NCBI GenBank assembly: GCA_034670305.1
Contig: JAXMNT010000009.1
Coordinates: forward strand, 96,001 to 160,000
Length of the DNA stretch: 64,000 nt
Direction: 5' to 3'
DNA from: Deltaproteobacteria bacterium
GTDB taxonomy: Bacteria; Myxococcota_A; Polyangia; Polyangiales; Houyiibacteriaceae
The first letter of the stretch is position 1. Each line of letters opens with the position of its first letter. The notes under the pieces are model-generated. The model was not told where the DNA came from. It saw nothing but the letters and a program-made list of their open reading frames with translations, and made no database searches. Positions 18,943 to 28,285 of this stretch are shown piece after piece. The position numbers and the translations under genes are program-made.

Positions 18943-21900
18943 TCATGCGTCGAAGGGCGAGGGCAGTTCGCTCTTCTTCAGCCCCGTGTTCTGCTGGAGC
19001 TGCACGATGAAATCATCCAGGTCGAGGCCGGCCGCTTCGACCCACTCGACCGCACATGCGGCGTGCATGTAGCCGGGGCCTTTGCCAGTAAATCGGGGCG
19101 TCTCGATCATGCGCTCGATGATGATGCGGACATCGGCCTTCTCGATCTTCTTGTCGCAGTGCATGCACTTGGCGCGGCTCGTCGGGGCGTTGTCGGCGCC
19201 GGGGAAACCGTTCCCCATCTGGGTGAGCGCCCGCTGCTTGTTGCCTGACGAGTCGGTCTTGACCGCGGTCGCTTTGGCCTCCGGCGTGGTCGGGGTGGGT
19301 TGCGACTTTCCGAAGAGGCGCTGCACCGCCAGCTGGACCTCGCTGAACGCGATCGGATCGACCTTCTTCGCGTCCAGGTACTGGCCGGTGAGGGTGGAGA
19401 ACCCGACGCTGTCGATCTTCACGTCTTCGAGCCAGGAGTTGTCGCCGCCTGCGTAGTAGCCGCTGTGGTGCAACTCCACCTTCACGCCACGCGCCGGCAT
19501 CTTGATCCAGTCCGTGTAGACCATGCCGGCGTCCTCCGCATAACCCCGGTTCCATCCCGCGTCCCGCACGCGGCCAAGGAACGTACCTGGCTTCATCGCG
19601 GTCTTCGGCACGTCGATTTCGCCGGTGTGCGGGAAGGTTGGCCGGTGGATCTGTTCGAAGGGCTGCGCGATCTCCGCGTCTTCGAGATGCGTCCGCCACT
19701 TCGGGAGGTCCTGCTCGGAGAGCTCGAGCGGATGCACGATCCGAACGACGGCGTCTGCCCCGAGCGTGAAGTCCTCACCGTCGGCGTCGATCTGCGTGCG
19801 CTCTTCCGACACCCGGAACGACTCACCCTCCGCCGTCGCGAACACGAGTCCGGTGGCCACCGTGCCCATCAATGGGTGCGCCACGAACACCGCGTCGAAC
19901 CGGCTGCGGCTCCAGGTCCGGCCGGCTACCATGCCCGCTTCGAAGCGGCGGATGACGCTGCCGAGGGTTCGTTTCACGCTGCCCTGCAGCTGTTTGAACA
20001 GGGCCTTGGCCTGGGTCACGGCGGCCGAGTCGTCGTCCTTCTTCGGTTTGGGCATGGACTTGGTCGCCTTGCCCGTCTCGTCGACCGCGCTGAGGCCACC
20101 GTCGGCGCCCATCCGGATGGTGATGTCCCGCTTGCCGTAGCTGACTTTGCGTTCGCCACGCGCGTCGAAGTCCAGGGTCGGCACCCGGCGTTCGGCTTGG
20201 TCGGCCGCGACGAACGGATCGAGCGAACCGCGGAACGTCTTCTCGTCCACCCCGGCCGCCGCGGCGAGTTCCCCGACCGCTGCGATCGCCTTCTTCTGGA
20301 GCCCGCCCGTCATCGCATGGTCGGCCCAGTGTCCGACCCAGTCGCGGCCCGCTTGGCTGCCGTGCCGCGCAAACACCTCGAGCACCCAACCTGCGTACGC
20401 GTGTTTGCCTGCGCTCGAGAGTCCATCGAGGCGCGGCGCCACGCTGTGGATCCAAGCGTCGTCCGCGAAGATCGCTTGCGCGTAGAGCGCCCACTTGTCG
20501 GAAGACTTGCCCTTGCCAGCGGTCTGCCACTGCTGGAAGAGGGCAGCGCCGAACGTCGCCGCGGCTTCTGGATCCAAATCCGGACGCAGCGACCAGACGA
20601 GCGGATCCATGCGTTCGTGTTCCTTCTTCAGCCGGCCGATCATCGCACCCACCGCAGCCTCGTCGAGAGCGTCGCCCGAACGCAGCTTCAACGCCGGCAA
20701 CGCGGCTGCGTCCACCCACTTCGGCAGCCGCGCCTTCTTGCCGCCGGTCAGCTCCGTGTTCCACGCCGCGGCGTCCGTGCCAGATGCCTTGGCGTCCGTC
20801 CCCGGCTTGCTGCTCTTGGGCGATGTCTTGTCGGGCGATGTCTTGGACGGCATCGCCTTCGTATCGGCCTTCGAACCGCACGCGCGGATCGCGTCTTCGA
20901 TCGCCACCGAAGCGTCCTCGGACTTCTCCTTCTTGAGCGCGGCTTCGAGCGCCTTGTGCGCCTTCGGACTCGCGATGGCCTCGAGCACCTTGGCGGCCGA
21001 GGTCCGGGCATCCTTCTTCTTGGACTTCAACAGCGGCAGAAGGTCATCGACCAGGGACTCGTCGCCCTTCGAGAGTGCGGCGACGCACGTCTCGCGGATG
21101 CCCTTGGAGCTCTCCTTCAGGCCAGCCACGAGGGCCTTCTTCGCGACGCCAGGGTTGTGGGCTGCGACTTCGTACAGGGGGGCCGCGAGCGCTGGCTTGC
21201 GCGTGGACAGCACGTAGTTGGCGGCTTCGGCGGCCCAGGCGCCGAACCGCTTCGGCGTGTCGCGAACGACCTCGCGCACGAGGTACACCGACAGTTTCGG
21301 CAGCTGCGCGATCGCGTCGAGGACCACGTAGGCGGTCTCGCGCTTCTGCGCGTCGGTCCCGCCTTTGCCGCCCCGGTAGCCCGTGAACACGTCGGCCGCG
21401 CCAAAGAGGCGCGAGGTCGCTTTCCACGAACTCGCTTTGTAGGTCTCGACGAACCACGCCGCGATCGGGACGAGCACGAGGGTCCCGTACTCTTCGGCGA
21501 GCGTGGCCGCGTGCTGGCCGTACGAGTGGTCGTTGTCGGGCAGCGTCGTGATCTTCTTCTTGTCCTTCGCGTCCAGTTTCTCGTACGCAGCCGCGAGGGT
21601 GGTCAACGGTGAGTCGCCTGCCGCGTCCGCCGCTTCGAACCGAGCCAACGCCGCTTCGCAGCCGACGCGGATCGACTTCTTCTTGGCTTTGGCGCCAGCC
21701 TCCAGCGCCGGTTTGGCGACCGCGTCGAGCTTGTCGAGGGACACCAGCGCGGCTTCGCGCACCACCTTGCTCGAGTGCCCGAGCAACGCCACGAGCAGCT
21801 CGGCAGAAGCCGGATCGGCGATGCGTCCGAGCGCGTGGGCGATGGGCGCTGCAAGTTTCGCAGACGTCTTCCCTTGGAGCGCCGCTTCCATGTGCGGGAG

Positions 21901-22944
21901 CACGCGGGCACCCACGTCGCCCACCGCGTCCGCGACTTGGAGGTTGGACTGCTTCTCGAGTTCGGCCACCGCTTTGGCGAGCAGCCCGTCATCGTCGATG
22001 ACCGAGAGCAGGTGCCGGTTGCCCCAGATGGACTTCGAAGCGATCGCGGCCGCACGCTTCGCCGGGAGTGCCGTGAACAGCCTCTTGTCGATTTCGAGGT
22101 CTTCGGGCGACGACGAGAAGTAGCCGAGTTCGGCATCCAACGCTTCGGGGACTGGGGTCTTCGCCGCGACGTGCAGCTGCATCCGGAGGTAAGCGACGCG
22201 CCGGGTCCGGTCGCCGTCCTTCGCGGCCGCTGCGGCTTTTCCGATGGCGTCGAGCAGCGCATCGGCCTTGGCGATCTTGGAGAGCGCCGCCACCGCGCGG
22301 GTCCGTGCCGCCTTGCCTCGATGGGTCACGAAGAGTTCGACGGTCTGCGCCTCGTCGAGGTGCGGCAAGATGAGGTCGACCAGCGCCCAACTCACGAAGC
22401 CTGCCTGACCGAGTTTGCGAACGACCGCGGCAGCCAGCGGCTTCTCGGGGATCTTGTCGCCATGCAGGCGGAGCCAGTGACCGTCCCAAATCGGTTCGGT
22501 CTCCATGTACGCGACTGCTACTCGGTCGAGCACCGCGTCCGTCCACTGGTCGGATTCGCCGGTGAGCGCGCGGGTCGCCGCGAAGAGCACCGCGGCTTCG
22601 CCTTGGAGCTTGCCGCCGAGTTCGACCATGGCCTTGCGGTCTCGATCGAGCCCGAGTGTGTAGGCCTGTTCGGCGCGCTCGCTCCATGCCCGGATCGAAT
22701 GGGATGGGTCCCGCAGGGCCTCCTCTGCGTACGCGGTGAGGTCCTCGAGTGTCGCACTCTGTGGGTACTGGATCAGCAGCTGCATTTCGGTGCGCATCTG
22801 GCCGCTGTACTCGCGGAACTCGCCCCACACTCCGTCCCGGAAGCCGCCCCAAATCAACGCGCTCGCGTCGGCGGGATCCATCGCGCGGAGGATCTTCTCC
22901 TGATCGTAGGAGCTTGCTTTCTTCAGTTGGGGGAGGGTGCTCAT
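18943..22944 (-). CDS. Large HEAT-repeat + DUF4132 protein (YehI-like) with C-terminal PARP-type zinc finger
   Basis: HEAT-like repeats; DUF4132 motifs VPTLDFD, RFEAGMVAGRTWS, HPLM..ATGLVF, RIVHPLEL..W....EIAQPFEQIHR; tail APTSRAKCMHCDKKIEKADVRI...YMHAAC. Start MSTLPQ at 22944. Confidence 0.88.
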   Translation of the reverse strand: MSTLPQLKKASSYDQEKILRAMDPADASALIWGGFRDGVWGEFREYSGQMRTEMQLLIQYPQSATLEDLTAYAEEALRDPSHSIRAWSERAEQAYTLGLDRDRKAMVELGGKLQGEAAVLFAATRALTGESDQWTDAVLDRVAVAYMETEPIWDGHWLRLHGDKIPEKPLAAAVVRKLGQAGFVSWALVDLILPHLDEAQTVELFVTHRGKAARTRAVAALSKIAKADALLDAIGKAAAAAKDGDRTRRVAYLRMQLHVAAKTPVPEALDAELGYFSSSPEDLEIDKRLFTALPAKRAAAIASKSIWGNRHLLSVIDDDGLLAKAVAELEKQSNLQVADAVGDVGARVLPHMEAALQGKTSAKLAAPIAHALGRIADPASAELLVALLGHSSKVVREAALVSLDKLDAVAKPALEAGAKAKKKSIRVGCEAALARFEAADAAGDSPLTTLAAAYEKLDAKDKKKITTLPDNDHSYGQHAATLAEEYGTLVLVPIAAWFVETYKASSWKATSRLFGAADVFTGYRGGKGGTDAQKRETAYVVLDAIAQLPKLSVYLVREVVRDTPKRFGAWAAEAANYVLSTRKPALAAPLYEVAAHNPGVAKKALVAGLKESSKGIRETCVAALSKGDESLVDDLLPLLKSKKKDARTSAAKVLEAIASPKAHKALEAALKKEKSEDASVAIEDAIRACGSKADTKAMPSKTSPDKTSPKSSKPGTDAKASGTDAAAWNTELTGGKKARLPKWVDAAALPALKLRSGDALDEAAVGAMIGRLKKEHERMDPLVWSLRPDLDPEAAATFGAALFQQWQTAGKGKSSDKWALYAQAIFADDAWIHSVAPRLDGLSSAGKHAYAGWVLEVFARHGSQAGRDWVGHWADHAMTGGLQKKAIAAVGELAAAAGVDEKTFRGSLDPFVAADQAERRVPTLDFDARGERKVSYGKRDITIRMGADGGLSAVDETGKATKSMPKPKKDDDSAAVTQAKALFKQLQGSVKRTLGSVIRRFEAGMVAGRTWSRSRFDAVFVAHPLMGTVATGLVFATAEGESFRVSEERTQIDADGEDFTLGADAVVRIVHPLELSEQDLPKWRTHLEDAEIAQPFEQIHRPTFPHTGEIDVPKTAMKPGTFLGRVRDAGWNRGYAEDAGMVYTDWIKMPARGVKVELHHSGYYAGGDNSWLEDVKIDSVGFSTLTGQYLDAKKVDPIAFSEVQLAVQRLFGKSQPTPTTPEAKATAVKTDSSGNKQRALTQMGNGFPGADNAPTSRAKCMHCDKKIEKADVRIIIERMIETPRFTGKGPGYMHAACAVEWVEAAGLDLDDFIVQLQQNTGLKKSELPSPFDA

Positions 22945-23327
22945 GCTCGTGCTTCCTTGGCTGCGGTGCCGACGGGTACCGCAGGACTGTCTTGGCTGGA
23001 GGTCGTCGTGGGGCCGCGGGGACGGAATGGTCTTCCGCCGTTGCTGGGCGACGCAACCGACTTTTGGGTTCGGGTGTCGAGCACGCACCCGATGCAAGCC
23101 GCGCGCCGCGTTGTTGGCTTGGCGTCCAGTCGACACCCTCGCGCATCGGTGTCGAAGTTGTCCGCCGAATGTGTCTCTGGCGTCAGTCTCGACCGCTCGG
23201 CCGGTTTTCGGCTCGGTTCGATGGGGGGTCGGTTTGTCACCTCACGGTCGCCCTGGTAGGTAGGCTCGGTCCCAGGCGAGCCCTGGGATGGCGGGTCGAA
23301 ATGGCCCCATCGCCGTGAGGAAATGAG

Positions 23328-23576
23328 ATGGACCGCGCAGGGCTGATCGAGATGTTCAAACGTACCGCGAGCGAGGTGGCCGAGAAGGACTTTGCTGCGC
23401 TCACCGAAGACGACGTGATCGCGGACATGGGCGTCGACTCCCTTCAGATGCTGGAGATGGTCGGGGAGATGGAGCGCGAGCTCGAGATCACCATCCCGGA
23501 CGATTCGCTCGTTGGCATTCAGACCGTCAAGCAGCTCCTCGACCTGGTCGAGAAGCGCGTCGGCGCCACCGACTGA
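23328..23576 (+). CDS. Acyl carrier protein
   Basis: 82 aa, acidic; GVDSLQMLEMV phosphopantetheine motif; ITIPDD..IQTV; GAGG RBS upstream. Confidence 0.92.
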   Translation: MDRAGLIEMFKRTASEVAEKDFAALTEDDVIADMGVDSLQMLEMVGEMERELEITIPDDSLVGIQTVKQLLDLVEKRVGATD

Positions 23577-23585
23577 GAGGCGACC

Positions 23586-24419
23586 ATGCCGTCCGACCAG
23601 TTCCACGAGAAGCTGTACCAGAAGTTCCGGACCTTCTTCGACGACGCGGAGGAGAAGCGTCGCTGGAACCCGTACAAGGACGTGCCTTGGGACAAGGTGA
23701 ACGCCGAGGTGCCCGAGCGGCTCGCGCTGTGTGCCGAGACGTTCCTCGGCGTCGAGAGCTACCTGCCCGACTACATTCGCGGTGGCCTTCGTTCGGTGCG
23801 CATGAGCACGATCGGGCAGCGCTGGTTCACCGCCAACTGGGGCTACGAGGAACTGAAGCACTCCATTGCGCTGATGGAGTACCTCATCGTCTCGGGCAAA
23901 CGCACCCAGGAGCAGATGTTCGACTTCCAGGCGCGGCTGATGGAAGACGAGTGGGAGGTTCCGTTCCACACCGATCGACGCATGACGATCTACGGCATGT
24001 TCCAGGAGCAGGCGACGTTCGTCATCTACCTGCGCCACGAGAAGCTCGCGCAGAAGTTCAACGACCCAGCGCTCGCCGCGGTGTACCGCTTCAACGCGCG
24101 GGACGAATGCGCCCACGCGAAGTTCTACGAAGACGTCGTGCGCTGCTACCTCGAGGACGACCGCGAGGGTGGGCTCGCTGATCTCAGCTACGTCGCCAAA
24201 CACTTCAAGATGCCCGGCGTCGGCCTCGTGCCGGACTACGACCAGCGCATCGAAGTGATGCGGGACGAAGGCGGCATGGACCGCGACGTCTTCCTCAAGA
24301 AGGTCTACTTCCCGCTGCTCAAGCGGCTCGGCGTGACGCGCCAAGAGCTCGTCGCGATCGCGGCCGCCGAACGCAAAGCCGCGAAGCTCGCCCGCGAAGC
24401 CAGCCCACCCGCGGAGTAG
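23586..24419 (+). CDS. Acyl-ACP desaturase (ferritin-like di-iron, FA_desaturase_2)
   Basis: VESYLPDY, WGYEELKH, FQEQAT, ARDECAHAKFY, FKMPG; directly follows the ACP gene. Confidence 0.85.
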   Translation: MPSDQFHEKLYQKFRTFFDDAEEKRRWNPYKDVPWDKVNAEVPERLALCAETFLGVESYLPDYIRGGLRSVRMSTIGQRWFTANWGYEELKHSIALMEYLIVSGKRTQEQMFDFQARLMEDEWEVPFHTDRRMTIYGMFQEQATFVIYLRHEKLAQKFNDPALAAVYRFNARDECAHAKFYEDVVRCYLEDDREGGLADLSYVAKHFKMPGVGLVPDYDQRIEVMRDEGGMDRDVFLKKVYFPLLKRLGVTRQELVAIAAAERKAAKLAREASPPAE

Positions 24420-24460
24420 CGCGAGGGAGCGCACGGCCGGTTCCACCGGTAGACTGTGGC

Positions 24461-24994
24461 ATGCGGAGAATCGGTCCTTCGGTGGTGTGTAGCTTGGTGC
24501 TCGCGTTCGGATTCGTCTGGGGCGCGGCCGCTGATCAAAGCGTCGACGCGGGGGTCGATGCCCAGGGTGGCGCGGACCAGGGTGGCGCGGACGGCAGCGT
24601 CGATGCCGATCTGGACGCACCGGACACGCAGGCGGCAACGAACCCCGACGCGGAGGCGCGCGGGCCCGAGTCTGCGGACGCGGACGAGGTCCGTCGCCGC
24701 TCGCGCCGCGACCGGTCGGAGCGGGTCCGGTCGGAGCGGGTCCGGTCGGAGCGGGTCCGGTACCACCCAGACCTCAAGGTGCCGGAGATTTTCCGGTCGC
24801 CTGCCGCCCGCGAGACAGGCGGCCGTGTGGACCGACGACGTCGGGTGCGTCCGGCGGCGGGCGCCCGCAGCGCGCTGAAGATTCCAGATCTCTTTCGCAC
24901 CCCTGGGCAAACTTCGACGCGAACATCGCCGGGCCGTCCGTCCCAGACCGACCGCAGTGGAAGCGAGCTGAAGATCCCGGACATCTTTCGATAG
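24461..24994 (+). CDS. Hypothetical secreted low-complexity protein with three LK(I/V)P(D/E)(I/L)FR motifs
   Basis: Signal-like N-terminus, acidic linker, 15-nt RSERV repeats and a repeated C-terminal motif. Confidence 0.6.
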   Translation: MRRIGPSVVCSLVLAFGFVWGAAADQSVDAGVDAQGGADQGGADGSVDADLDAPDTQAATNPDAEARGPESADADEVRRRSRRDRSERVRSERVRSERVRYHPDLKVPEIFRSPAARETGGRVDRRRRVRPAAGARSALKIPDLFRTPGQTSTRTSPGRPSQTDRSGSELKIPDIFR

Positions 24995-25031
24995 TTCGGA
25001 CTAGTACCGCCGCCCGCAGCGTTCCCCTCGC

Positions 25032-25292
25032 ATGCGAGAGATGAAGCTCAGTGTCGCGGGCTGGGTGCTGCTTGGGGTGGCCATGCTGGTCTCCGCAGCC
25101 GTCAGCTACAGCATGCTCCAGGCCGACTACCGGATGGCGCGCCTTCAACACATCGCGGCCGGACCGGGGCTCTCGGAGTTCGGCGGCACCTACGCGTTCT
25201 TGGCGTTTGTGATCGCCGCGCTGTTCGTGGCCGGTTCGTTGTGTGTGCTGTGGGGCCGCTCGAGCGAGCGGGTCAGTAGACGAACGGGATGA
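25032..25292 (+). CDS. Small two-TM hypothetical protein
   Basis: Two hydrophobic helices in 86 aa; short convergent overlap with the reductase gene. Confidence 0.55.
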   Translation: MREMKLSVAGWVLLGVAMLVSAAVSYSMLQADYRMARLQHIAAGPGLSEFGGTYAFLAFVIAALFVAGSLCVLWGRSSERVSRRTG

Positions 25293-26397
25293 TTCGGAAG
25301 CGCGCCTTCTGGCAGTACTGCGCCCAGAGCGCGCCGTACTTCTTGCGGCACTTGCGATCGTCGCGGCCGGCGCGCTGGGTTAGCAGCACCACCAGCGTGG
25401 CCGGCAGCACGTACGGCCAGGGTGCCTCGAACCCGGCGCAGAGCGCGAAGCTCAGGTACACGCCGATCTCGCCGGTGTAGTTGATCTTGCGGCCGATGCC
25501 CCAGAAGCCGCTGATGAGCAGGCGGCCGTTCAACGTCTCGGGCGGCTTGCCCCAGATGGGCGCGCTCGGATCCCGCTTGAACCGATCCTTCTGCCAGTTG
25601 CTGCCCCGGAACACCCAGTGCGAGAGCAGGTGGAAGAGCACCAGCGCGACCAAGGTGTAGATGGGCGGAGACTCGTACACCCCATCGGTCCACCCGGCAT
25701 CGAGCACCCACCAGCCGCAGAGGCTGTACAGAAACGGCACGTACACCAGATCGCCCCACACCAGCATGAAGCCGAACCGCTCCGCGATGATGTCCCAGGT
25801 GGAGAGCATGAAGTCCTCCCGCACGTAGTGCGTGAAGAGGTACGCCCAGACGAAGGCCTGGTAGATCCACATCTGAATGCTCACCGCGCCGTAGGTCTCG
25901 AGCTGGGCCGAGACGAACGCGACGTTCATCAGCCACAGCCCGATCAAACTCGGCTGGTACATGAACATCTTCAGATCGACACCGAAGAGCGTTGGGTTGA
26001 GTTCTGGTCCGAACCAGAGGTCTTTCCACCAGGCGTCTTCTTCGGTCGTCCCGCTCGATGCCGCGCGGCGGCGGCGACCCACCACGAAGAGCCACGCGGT
26101 GATCAAGACCGCGACCACGTTGGCCACGACGAAGTACGACCAGAAGTGCCTCAGCAGGTCCGAGAGCGAGTGCCCCGTCGCGAGCCAGACCGCGGCGGCG
26201 GCGTTGGTCCCGAGGAACGAAGAGAGCCCGGTCAGCCGGTACGTCTTGCGGTCGCCATTCGGCTGCGGGAAACCCTCGCGCTTCGGGCCGGGGAGCACCA
26301 TCGCACCCACGAAGAGCACCGCGAAGAAACCGGTGGTCAGCAAGGCCGCCCGCAAGACGAGCGGGCCGGTCAGCGGCGCGATGGTGAACTCTTCCAC
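25273..26397 (-). CDS. ERG4/ERG24-family (sterol reductase / lamin B receptor-like) membrane reductase
   Basis: FGPELNP..DLKMF, STWDIIAERFGFMLVWGDLVYVPFLYS, FRGSNWQKDRFK, LLISGFWGIGRKINYTGE, RAGRDDRKCRKKYG..W..YC....RIIPFVY. Confidence 0.93.
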   Translation of the reverse strand: MEEFTIAPLTGPLVLRAALLTTGFFAVLFVGAMVLPGPKREGFPQPNGDRKTYRLTGLSSFLGTNAAAAVWLATGHSLSDLLRHFWSYFVVANVVAVLITAWLFVVGRRRRAASSGTTEEDAWWKDLWFGPELNPTLFGVDLKMFMYQPSLIGLWLMNVAFVSAQLETYGAVSIQMWIYQAFVWAYLFTHYVREDFMLSTWDIIAERFGFMLVWGDLVYVPFLYSLCGWWVLDAGWTDGVYESPPIYTLVALVLFHLLSHWVFRGSNWQKDRFKRDPSAPIWGKPPETLNGRLLISGFWGIGRKINYTGEIGVYLSFALCAGFEAPWPYVLPATLVVLLTQRAGRDDRKCRKKYGALWAQYCQKARFRIIPFVY

Positions 26398-26409
26398 GCG
26401 GAAGCTGGC

Positions 26410-27261
26410 TTAGATCTTCTTGAGCTTCATCTGCACATCGCTCGACCAGTGGGCGTCGAACGCGCGCACGCAGGTGTCGAGGTAACGCTCGTAGTCGACG
26501 AAGACTTGGTCGCCCCACTTCGCGCGGATGGTGTCCTCGTGGAGCCGGAGTCGACGCAGCCACTCGCCGGTGGTCTTGCCGTAGCTGACCCGCTGGGTGC
26601 GCACTTCGAGGATCTCCCAGCTCGGGTTCACCGCGGCGGTGAGCTCCTCGAGGCGCGGGTTCAGGCCGCCAGGGAAGATGACGTCGGCGGTGAAGGCGAG
26701 GTCTTCGAGGTCTTTGCGGGTGCGCGGGATGCGGTTGCGCAGGATCGCCTGGAAGCCGAAACACGCGCCCGGCTTCACCCACTTGGCGACCTTGGTGAAG
26801 TACGTGCGGTAGAGATCGATCGCCATGCCCTTGCGGGACTGCTCGGGCGAGCAGAGGTGGTCGATCATCTCGATCGAGATGAGCCCGTCGTAGAGCTCTT
26901 CGGGTTGGAAGTCTTTGTAGTCGCAGACGATGGCTTTGACGCCGTCGAGTTTCTTGGCGTCGATCCATTCGCACTGGGCGGTGGAGAGCGTGATGCCGTG
27001 GGCGCGTTTCACGCCGCGTTCGCGCACCAGGTACTCGAGGTTGCTGCCCCAGCCGCAGCCGATGTCCATCACCAGGCTGTCGGGCGTGACCTCGGCGTAG
27101 TCCGCGAGGATCTTGCACTTCTGGATCTGGGCTTGCTCCAGCGTCTCGTCGCCGGTGAGGTAACTCCCCGACGTGTAGTGCATGTTCTCGTCGAGCCAGA
27201 GGTTGAAGAACTCGTTCGAGACGTCGTAGGAGACTTCGATGTCGGATTGGGTGCTCGTCAT
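26410..27261 (-). CDS. CMAS-family SAM-dependent methyltransferase (cyclopropane/mycolic-acid synthase-like, short form)
   Basis: YDVSNEFFNLWLD, TLEQAQIQK, DIGCGWGS, GITLSTAQ, ISIEMIDH, IFPGG, YGKTT..W, YERYLDTC. Confidence 0.9.
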   Translation of the reverse strand: MTSTQSDIEVSYDVSNEFFNLWLDENMHYTSGSYLTGDETLEQAQIQKCKILADYAEVTPDSLVMDIGCGWGSNLEYLVRERGVKRAHGITLSTAQCEWIDAKKLDGVKAIVCDYKDFQPEELYDGLISIEMIDHLCSPEQSRKGMAIDLYRTYFTKVAKWVKPGACFGFQAILRNRIPRTRKDLEDLAFTADVIFPGGLNPRLEELTAAVNPSWEILEVRTQRVSYGKTTGEWLRRLRLHEDTIRAKWGDQVFVDYERYLDTCVRAFDAHWSSDVQMKLKKI

Positions 27262-27309
27262 GGCCCCGAGACCATGCCCCGAGATCGCCGAGCCGGCCAG
27301 TGGCCGGCT

Positions 27310-27459
27310 CCCCTTGCCCGTGCCCTTGCCCGTGCCCTTGCCCGAGGTGCGGTCCGAAGCCGATCCCGAAGCCGAAGCCGATCCCGATCCCGAAGCCGAT
27401 CCCGAAGCCGATCCCGCCGCCGACCCCGACCCCGACCCCGACCCCGATCCCGACCCCGC
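27310..27459. repeat. Composite tract: (CCCTTG/CCCGTG)n followed by (CCGAAG/CCGATC/CCGACC)n
   Basis: Directly visible between the epimerase stop and the CMAS start. Confidence 0.92.
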
Positions 27460-28281
27460 TCAGACCGAGGCGATCAGCCGGCGGAGCCCCGTCTCGAGCG
27501 TGACGGTGGCCTTCCAGCCCAGCTGTTCCTGGGCGCGGGTCGCGTCCAGCAGGTAGCGCTGGGCCTCGCCGGGGCGCTGGGCGCGGGCGCCGAACCGGAG
27601 GAGGGCTTCGCGGTCGGGGCCAATGAGGCGCGCCAGGGTGCCGAGCACGTCTTTCACCGAGACCTCGACGCCGGAGCCCGCGTTGTAGCACCCGGGCTCG
27701 GCGTCCCACTCGAAGCAGCGGACGATGAGTCGGACCACGTCGGAGACCTCCACGAAGTCGCGCGTCTGGGTGCCGGTGGTGGTGTCGACCGGCTCTGCGG
27801 CGACGAGGGACCGGACCACACTCGGGAGCAACATGCCCGGTCGCTGATGCGGCCCATAGACCACCGGCAGGCGCAGAATGAAGCAGCGCGCGCCAAGTTT
27901 CGTTGCGGCCGCCGCCACGGCTTCTTCTCCACGCAGTTTGGCGCGGCCGTACGGGCTCTCGGGTCGAGGTTCGGCGTCTTCTCGAAACGGGATCTCGAGG
28001 CGTCCGTACACCTCCCCGCTGCTGAGGAACACGACCGTCTTTGCGCCGCTCGCCTCGAGGGCGCGGACCGGCGCGTCCACGTGCGCTTCCTCCATCTCGG
28101 CTTCTTCCCCGCGCCCGCCGGCCGCCCACAGAAGTCCGTCGGCCCGGACCGCCGTCTCGCCCCGACCGAAGCCTGCCACGGACCAGTCGTCCGAGTCGGC
28201 GCGGACCTTCGCCTGCGCGCTCCAGTAGCGCGCGACGTGCCCGCCGATGAAGCCGCGGCTCCCCCCGATCGCAATCCGCAT
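27460..28281 (-). CDS. NAD-dependent epimerase/dehydratase (extended SDR)
   Basis: GGSRGFIG, FLSSGEVYG, SPYGRAK, LRLPVVYGP, TQTRDFVEVSD. Confidence 0.88.
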   Translation of the reverse strand: MRIAIGGSRGFIGGHVARYWSAQAKVRADSDDWSVAGFGRGETAVRADGLLWAAGGRGEEAEMEEAHVDAPVRALEASGAKTVVFLSSGEVYGRLEIPFREDAEPRPESPYGRAKLRGEEAVAAAATKLGARCFILRLPVVYGPHQRPGMLLPSVVRSLVAAEPVDTTTGTQTRDFVEVSDVVRLIVRCFEWDAEPGCYNAGSGVEVSVKDVLGTLARLIGPDREALLRFGARAQRPGEAQRYLLDATRAQEQLGWKATVTLETGLRRLIASV

Positions 28282-28285
28282 CTGG

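Noticed and set aside
23328-24419. PKS/NRPS biosynthetic cluster
   Set aside because: No ketosynthase, adenylation or condensation domains in the window
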